This document shows, piece after piece, positions 58,606 to 64,000 of a stretch of DNA of 64,000 nucleotides. The number at the start of each line of letters is the position of its first letter. The stretch's first letter is position 1. The notes beneath the pieces are model-generated. The model saw only the letters and a program-made list of their open reading frames with translations, did not search any database and had not been told where the DNA came from. The DNA is from an uncultured Clostridia bacterium. GTDB lineage: Bacteria; Bacillota; Clostridia; Peptostreptococcales; Anaerovoracaceae. The stretch spans positions 1,265 through 65,264 of the forward strand of contig CALCEY010000011.1 of the NCBI GenBank assembly GCA_937900415.1, written 5' to 3'. The translations under genes were made by a program, and so were the position numbers.

Positions 58606-60622
58606 GATAAAGGGAGTAGGCCCTAAAAGAGCTGAACTTCTTAAAAAATTAAAAGTAGAAACTGTAGACGATCTTTTGCATCTGATGCCAAAAAGATATG
58701 AAGACAGGCGGGAAATAACGCCTATCATGGAAGCCTCAGAGGATAAAGATGTTCTCGTCAGCGGAAAGGTCATATCCAAGAAAACAGCTAATCCATATAA
58801 AAAAAAATCACCTCTGAGAATCACGGTACAGGACAATTCAGCTGATCTGGAAGTGATTTTTTTCAACGGGAAATATCTTGCCGGATGTTTTGAAATAGGA
58901 AGCGAATACACATTTTACGGCAGAATATATATAAAAGCAGGCCGCAGGCAGATGGCGCATCCTGAGTTTCATAAGCTGGGGGAAGAGGGAGACGTAAGAG
59001 GCGTTTATCCTGTTTATCCGCTGACGGAGGGCCTTACCCAGCAGGCTGTAAGAAAAATGCAGCGCGAGGTGATTACGGCATGTTTGCAGACTGAGGAGTG
59101 GCTTTCTGATGAAATCGTTAAAAAATATAACCTTTGCAGTCCGGCCTATGCGCTGGAGAAAATTCACTTTCCCGAGGATAAGAGGCAGGTGGGAGAGGCA
59201 CGCTACAGGATGGTATTTGAAGAACTGCTGACTCTTCAGACAGGTCTTCTTTACATAAAGCAGGGACGAAGCAAAGCAGATAAAGGGATTTGCATAGAAA
59301 AAGATATTTCAGTCCGGGATTTTACGGACAGCCTTCCTTTTAGTCTTACTTCCGGTCAGCTGCACGTATGGAAAGATATAGAAAACGATTTGGCTTCCTG
59401 CAAAGCCATGAACAGGCTGGTGCAGGGAGACGTCGGCTCAGGAAAAACAGCAGTAGCCGAGCTTTCCATGTACAAGACGGTAAAAGGAGGTTTTCAGGCG
59501 GCAATGATGGCGCCTACGGAATTGCTGGCGAAACAGCATTACGCCTCCTTATGCCGTGATTTTGAGCCTTTTGGCATAAAGGTGGATTTATTGTGCAGCA
59601 GTATGAAGGCAAAAGAGAAAAAACTTGCTTTGAACAGGCTGATTTCGGGCGAGACAGACATAATCGTCGGAACACATGCCATAATTCAGCCTGATGTGAT
59701 TTTCAAGGCGCTTGGCCTGGTTATTACCGATGAACAGCATCGCTTTGGAGTAAATCAGCGGGTCATGCTGGCTGCCAAGGGAGCTAATCCCAACGTGCTT
59801 GTGATGACGGCGACTCCGATTCCGAGAACTTTAGCCGTAATATTGTACGGCGATCTTGACATATCTGTGATAGACACAATGCCTAAAGGCAGGATACCTG
59901 TAAAGACATTTCTGAGAAATGACGACGCCAGAGATAAAATATATGATTTTGTCGAGGGACAGGTAAGAGAAGGCAGGCAATGTTACGTAGTCGCTCCATT
60001 GATAGAAGAATCCGAAGCCATGGATCTGAAATCTGCGGAAGAGCTTTATGAAGAAATTTCCGGGAAACATCCGGCCATGAGAGCCGGCCTTGTTCACGGA
60101 GGAATGAAGCAGGAAGAAAAGGATTCCATCATGGAGGCTTTCGCCGCAGGGCTTATAGATGTACTTGTTGCCACCGTAGTAATCGAGGTGGGAATAGACG
60201 TAGCCAACGCAACGGTCATGGTCATAGAAAACTGCGAGAGATTCGGCCTTGCTCAGCTTCACCAGCTGAGAGGAAGAGTTGGAAGAGGCAAACATCAATC
60301 TTATTGTATTTTAGTGTGCGGACATGAAAGCAAGATAGCAAATAAACGTAATGAAATCATGCTTAGTACTGAAAACGGATTCATAATAGCCGAAGAGGAT
60401 TTGAAACTTAGAGGGCCGGGAGAAATTTTCGGAACTAAACAGCACGGACTTCCTGAACTCAATATAAGCGATTTGGTTCGTCATGCAGATATTCTTGAAG
60501 ACGTGAAAGAGGCAGCATGTGAAATTTTTGCCGATGACCCACATCTGAAAAAGCAGCGAAACAGACAGCTGCGGCAAAAAGTAAAGAAGATGTTCGGCGA
60601 AAACATTCAGCTAAATCTTTAA
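58580..60622 (+). CDS. recG: ATP-dependent DNA helicase RecG
   Basis: Wedge/OB N-terminus. Motifs GDVGSGKT, DEQHRFGV, TATPIPRT, QLRGRVGRG. The start overlaps the asp23 3' end. Confidence 0.95.
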   Translation: MKLQDKVSEIKGVGPKRAELLKKLKVETVDDLLHLMPKRYEDRREITPIMEASEDKDVLVSGKVISKKTANPYKKKSPLRITVQDNSADLEVIFFNGKYLAGCFEIGSEYTFYGRIYIKAGRRQMAHPEFHKLGEEGDVRGVYPVYPLTEGLTQQAVRKMQREVITACLQTEEWLSDEIVKKYNLCSPAYALEKIHFPEDKRQVGEARYRMVFEELLTLQTGLLYIKQGRSKADKGICIEKDISVRDFTDSLPFSLTSGQLHVWKDIENDLASCKAMNRLVQGDVGSGKTAVAELSMYKTVKGGFQAAMMAPTELLAKQHYASLCRDFEPFGIKVDLLCSSMKAKEKKLALNRLISGETDIIVGTHAIIQPDVIFKALGLVITDEQHRFGVNQRVMLAAKGANPNVLVMTATPIPRTLAVILYGDLDISVIDTMPKGRIPVKTFLRNDDARDKIYDFVEGQVREGRQCYVVAPLIEESEAMDLKSAEELYEEISGKHPAMRAGLVHGGMKQEEKDSIMEAFAAGLIDVLVATVVIEVGIDVANATVMVIENCERFGLAQLHQLRGRVGRGKHQSYCILVCGHESKIANKRNEIMLSTENGFIIAEEDLKLRGPGEIFGTKQHGLPELNISDLVRHADILEDVKEAACEIFADDPHLKKQRNRQLRQKVKKMFGENIQLNL

Positions 60623-60722
60623 GACGGCATATTATAACCAAGCAGCGTAAAACGCAGGCAGCTTTATACAAGCTTAAAGCAGTTTGAAACAAGCGTAAAA
60701 CGCAAGCGGGAGGTTATATAAA

Positions 60723-61097
60723 ATGCTGGATTTGATATTGGGAAACCTTAAGGATATAGGATATGCGGCCATACTTTTGGCAATAGTGTGGCTGGCTAAT
60801 TTTCTGCTGGATATATATTATAATGTTAAGATTGTCCACCGGTGCCGGAGCTGCAAGCAGGTATACGATGATGTGATACGTTTTTTTGCAGTGTGCGCAG
60901 GCGTGACTTTGCTGACGATAGCGATAAGCTCTTTTCCGAGGTTTATTACTATGGTGGGACTTACCGTACCGGAGGAGTATGTGGACGTGATGTCCGTATT
61001 GACTATAGTTACGCTTTTTGCCAAGAGTATATACGAGTATACGGCCGGCGCAATTTCAAAGCTTAACGGTATAATGAAAGATAATCTTGATGAATGA
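60723..61097 (+). CDS. Small three-TM membrane protein (holin-like architecture), function unknown
   Basis: GGGAGG RBS. Three hydrophobic segments and a charged C-terminal tail. The 3' end overlaps the convergent ABC ATPase gene by 35 nt. Confidence 0.45.
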   Translation: MLDLILGNLKDIGYAAILLAIVWLANFLLDIYYNVKIVHRCRSCKQVYDDVIRFFAVCAGVTLLTIAISSFPRFITMVGLTVPEEYVDVMSVLTIVTLFAKSIYEYTAGAISKLNGIMKDNLDE

Positions 61098-61803
61098 GGT
61101 TTCCGAGATAACTGCGGACTTCAGGCGTAGAGGGCTTTTCAATAACGTCTGCGGGTTTTCCCACCTGATGAATTTTGCCGGCAAACATGACAGCTACTTT
61201 GTCAGACATACGCAAAGCTTCTATTCTGTCATGGGTAACCATTATGGTGGTCATACCGAAATCCTTGTGAATCGAAAGAATAAGACTGCGCATTTCTTCA
61301 CGCAGATTTTCATCAAGCGAAGAAAAGGGCTCGTCAAGCAGGAGGAGCTGAGGGAGGGCAGCCAGGGCTCTCGCTAAAGCTACTCTTTGCTGCTGTCCCC
61401 CTGATATTTCGGAGATTTTGCGGTTTTCACAGCCGGAAAGTTTGACGCTGTCAAGAAACCTTTCGGCTTCCGAAAGCCGCTCTTTTTTTGTTTTACCCTG
61501 CATCTTCATTGAAAAAGCAACGTTTTCTATTACGCTCATGTGGGGAAAGAGACGCATATCCTGAAAGACGATTACCGCGCCTCGTTTATAGGCGGGGTCT
61601 GATGAAATCTCCCTTCCGTCGAGATAAATTTTACCGCTTTTAAGAGGAGCAAGGCCGGCGATGGTTTTTAGCATAGTGCTCTTTCCGCAGCCTGAAGGTC
61701 CTAAGAGAGACATGAATTCTCCTTTGCGTACTGAAAGGTTGAGATCGTTTAATACTGTGTTTTCTTTGAACTGTACTGTGAGATTCTTTAGCTGAAGCTT
61801 CAT
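61063..61803 (-). CDS. ABC importer ATP-binding protein (short; no C-terminal regulatory domain)
   Basis: Walker A GPSGCGKST, Q-loop, signature ISGGQQQRVALARAL, Walker B LLLDEPFSSLD. Confidence 0.9.
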   Translation of the reverse strand: MKLQLKNLTVQFKENTVLNDLNLSVRKGEFMSLLGPSGCGKSTMLKTIAGLAPLKSGKIYLDGREISSDPAYKRGAVIVFQDMRLFPHMSVIENVAFSMKMQGKTKKERLSEAERFLDSVKLSGCENRKISEISGGQQQRVALARALAALPQLLLLDEPFSSLDENLREEMRSLILSIHKDFGMTTIMVTHDRIEALRMSDKVAVMFAGKIHQVGKPADVIEKPSTPEVRSYLGNLIHQDYLSLYR

Positions 61804-61825
61804 TTTACTTATATATCGAGCCTGA

Positions 61826-62629
61826 TTAGGCTGTTTCCTTTCTGCTTAATTTTAATAACTGCTCCAAAATGAAAAAGATAATTAAAGCTGAAATTACGAA
61901 TACCAGCGAGTATATCGACATCAGCGGCCTGTCTCCGCTTTGTATATAAGGCACTAAAACGAGGGAAAGGGTATTTACCCGGCCTCCGCCAATGATTAAA
62001 GTGGTAAAATATTGGCTGTAGGAGAGGATAAAACCCATGCTCAGAGATGATAATATGCCGGGTGTAATAAGCGGGAGGGAGACTTCTGTAAAAGCTTTTA
62101 AAGGTCCGGCGCCGAGGACTGAAGCCTGTTCCTCATATTTTATTCCGCAGGCCCGTATAACGTCTGACATTATAGTCGTACAGTAAGGCATGGATACCAT
62201 TACGTGGATTATTATTACGCCTGCTGCGGTATCGGCAATCCCCATTTTGAGAAATACTATCTGAAGTCCCATGGTAAGCACGGTTGCAGGAACAATTACA
62301 GGAAGCATGTAACCGAAACGTATCAGGGATTTTCCTTTGAATTCATATAGCTCCAGAGCTCTTGCAGTCATCACCCCTACAGCGGTGGATATGAGAGATG
62401 AAACCGAAGCCAGAAGTATGCTGCCGCCGAGTAAGGCAGGCAGGGGGTGAACACCGTTAAAAAGCTCTTTTAAGGTTCTGAGTGAATAGCTTTCGGGAAG
62501 CATTGCAGGCCACGGCCATCTGCCGGTAAAGCTCCATATTGTTATCAGCGCAATAGGAAGCAGTATGCAAATTATTACGATGGTCAATACCACATGGTAG
62601 TATTTAATTTTTCTTATCGCTTTTTTCAT
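61826..62629 (-). CDS. ABC importer permease (binding-protein-dependent type)
   Basis: Six TM segments. EAA-like loop (..EEQASVLGAGPLKAFTEVSLPL..). Confidence 0.85.
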   Translation of the reverse strand: MKKAIRKIKYYHVVLTIVIICILLPIALITIWSFTGRWPWPAMLPESYSLRTLKELFNGVHPLPALLGGSILLASVSSLISTAVGVMTARALELYEFKGKSLIRFGYMLPVIVPATVLTMGLQIVFLKMGIADTAAGVIIIHVMVSMPYCTTIMSDVIRACGIKYEEQASVLGAGPLKAFTEVSLPLITPGILSSLSMGFILSYSQYFTTLIIGGGRVNTLSLVLVPYIQSGDRPLMSIYSLVFVISALIIFFILEQLLKLSRKETA

Positions 62630-63516
62630 TGACTTCCTCCAATCCTGCGGATAAGCTTTTTCATCAATGCCAGATACAGTATGGTAAATAAAAGAGAGAT
62701 GAGCAGAGTTATCCCGTTCATCGCCATTGAATACGGCCTGTCGGTAAGATCCGGACTTGAAAATGACATATATGTTTCCACCGGAAGTGCTTTGGGCTTT
62801 GTGGCGCCCAAAAGCAGAGGCAGCTCGTAACCTCCGAGAGTGAATATGAATATTATGAAAAATGCGTTAAGCACAGACGGAAGACTTAGCGGCAGAGTGA
62901 TCTGAAAGAAGCTTTTTAAAGGCGAAGCGCCGAGATTCTGAGCGGCTTGACCTAAAGAATCGCTTATTCCCGCCATCAAAGCAAAGACGAAATAGGCCAC
63001 GAATGGAATTTCTTTCCAAAGATAGGCAAGGATGACTCCGATATAGCTTTCAGTGAAAAGAATTTGTCCGAATTCCGTATGATCGTCGATAGAACCGAGC
63101 GCATAAGATATTCTGGCCAGAATACCTGTCTGAGAAAAAATATTTATCATAAAGATAGCCACTATCGCATGGGGAACGAGTATGGGTATTCTGATGATGG
63201 ACAGCGGCGCATTTTGAGAATTGTTTAAAGTCTTGTTTTGCTTTCTTGAAACCATGGCGGCACATAAAAGAGTGCCTGCGGCTGAGGCTGAGACAGAAGA
63301 GAAAAGAGCTGTTTTAAGGCTTACTGCAAGGGACGTAAGAAATCCCGGATCTGTAAGGGCTGAAAAATAGTATGAAAAAGTCAACGTCTCGAGTCCTAAT
63401 GCGGGAACGTAGCCGAGACTTTGCAGTATTACCGTTATGACTGCCGCCAGTATCAGACATGCTATAAACATAAAAGGCAGCAGCAGAAAGATGTAAGAAT
63501 AACTTTTCTTTTTCAT
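62626..63516 (-). CDS. ABC importer permease (binding-protein-dependent type)
   Basis: Six TM segments. EAA-like loop (..GQAAQNLGASPLKSFFQITLPL..). The stop overlaps the downstream permease start. Confidence 0.85.
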   Translation of the reverse strand: MKKKSYSYIFLLLPFMFIACLILAAVITVILQSLGYVPALGLETLTFSYYFSALTDPGFLTSLAVSLKTALFSSVSASAAGTLLCAAMVSRKQNKTLNNSQNAPLSIIRIPILVPHAIVAIFMINIFSQTGILARISYALGSIDDHTEFGQILFTESYIGVILAYLWKEIPFVAYFVFALMAGISDSLGQAAQNLGASPLKSFFQITLPLSLPSVLNAFFIIFIFTLGGYELPLLLGATKPKALPVETYMSFSSPDLTDRPYSMAMNGITLLISLLFTILYLALMKKLIRRIGGSQ

Positions 63517-63559
63517 AAAACAGCTCTCTTCAAAATTATATTATTGTATCATATTACTG

Positions 63560-64000
63560 TTATTTTCCAACGACCTCTTCAAGCCATATCTCTTCGATTA
63601 TAGGAACGAGACTTGCAGGCATTTCAGGAAGCCTGTGGTCCAGAAGCTCTTCCTGAGTGAGGACGCCTTCCCCTAAATTTACCTTATTGAAAGCGGCCAG
63701 TTCTTCGTCAGAAAGCTTATCGCTGTCTACAACAGGCAGTTCCTTGAGGGTTTCGTATTGGGTAAGCTGTATGTCTCCCGATATTATGGCGTTGATTACC
63801 ACCATGGCGCCCGCTTTGTTGGGAGCATTGAAGGCTATGCCCATATAGTTGGTGTTTCCGATAGTCCCCTTATCAAATACAAATGTTTCGGTGGTTTTTG
63901 CATAGCTGCCGTCGGCTATACCGCTGGCTACGCCGAAAGGAGAATAGCTCATATTGAGCAGAAGTTCTCCGTCGCAGAACATTGAATTTACCGAAGTCGA
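63560..64000 (-). CDS. ABC transporter substrate-binding protein, C-terminal part (gene continues beyond the window)
   Basis: The frame is open to the window edge. Lies directly upstream of the two permeases. Periplasmic binding-protein-like C-terminus. Confidence 0.6.
   Translation of the reverse strand, partial: STSVNSMFCDGELLLNMSYSPFGVASGIADGSYAKTTETFVFDKGTIGNTNYMGIAFNAPNKAGAMVVINAIISGDIQLTQYETLKELPVVDSDKLSDEELAAFNKVNLGEGVLTQEELLDHRLPEMPASLVPIIEEIWLEEVVGK

Noticed and set aside
60723-61097. Prophage or lysis cassette suggested by the holin-like membrane protein.
   Set aside because: No endolysin, terminase, capsid, integrase or att-like repeats are nearby. The neighbours are recG and an ABC importer.

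Overview
This window looks like chromosomal DNA from a Clostridia-class Firmicute; the gene content and order are Lachnospiraceae-like, which is an inference from protein motifs and synteny, not a search result. Most of it is core housekeeping. On the + strand: priA-def-fmt-(Zn peptidase)-rsmB-stp-prkC-rsgA-rpe (11.9-21.6 kb), comEC-holA, a DMT transporter, a GltD/NuoF-like oxidoreductase with a [FeFe] hydrogenase (29.4-33.0 kb), ruvC-ruvA-ruvB-queA-tgt and an rRNA uracil methyltransferase (35.3-41.1 kb), nrdD-nrdG, and rpmB-asp23-recG. On the - strand: a large PBP1A, argR-recN, a PepD-like protein, and an ABC importer operon that runs off the 3' edge. Four accessory patches stand out. (1) 0.1-3.3 kb holds a dockerin-tagged peptidoglycan hydrolase next to a membrane-anchored cohesin protein. 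(2) 3.4-8.3 kb is a visibly AT-rich block with an OmpR-type two-component system and an ABC-2-like exporter that share an AAAAATTGAC motif. (3) 41.2-49.0 kb holds an AT-rich XRE-HTH + Type III-like Mod/Res restriction-modification module, a frameshifted sortase-type surface protein, IS3 debris and gene rubble. (4) 55.9-57.4 kb is an IS30-family element. The least explained signal is a 283-bp unit repeated 2.7 times in tandem (9391-10151), each copy carrying a long imperfect hairpin, in the divergent radical-SAM/queH intergenic region. I saw no rRNA, tRNA or CRISPR array. I did not recognise a clearly novel multi-gene system; the best candidates for follow-up are the HTH-Mod-Res island, the tandem structured repeat and the cohesin-dockerin hydrolase pair. 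All family assignments come from motif recognition by eye and need HMM/BLAST confirmation.
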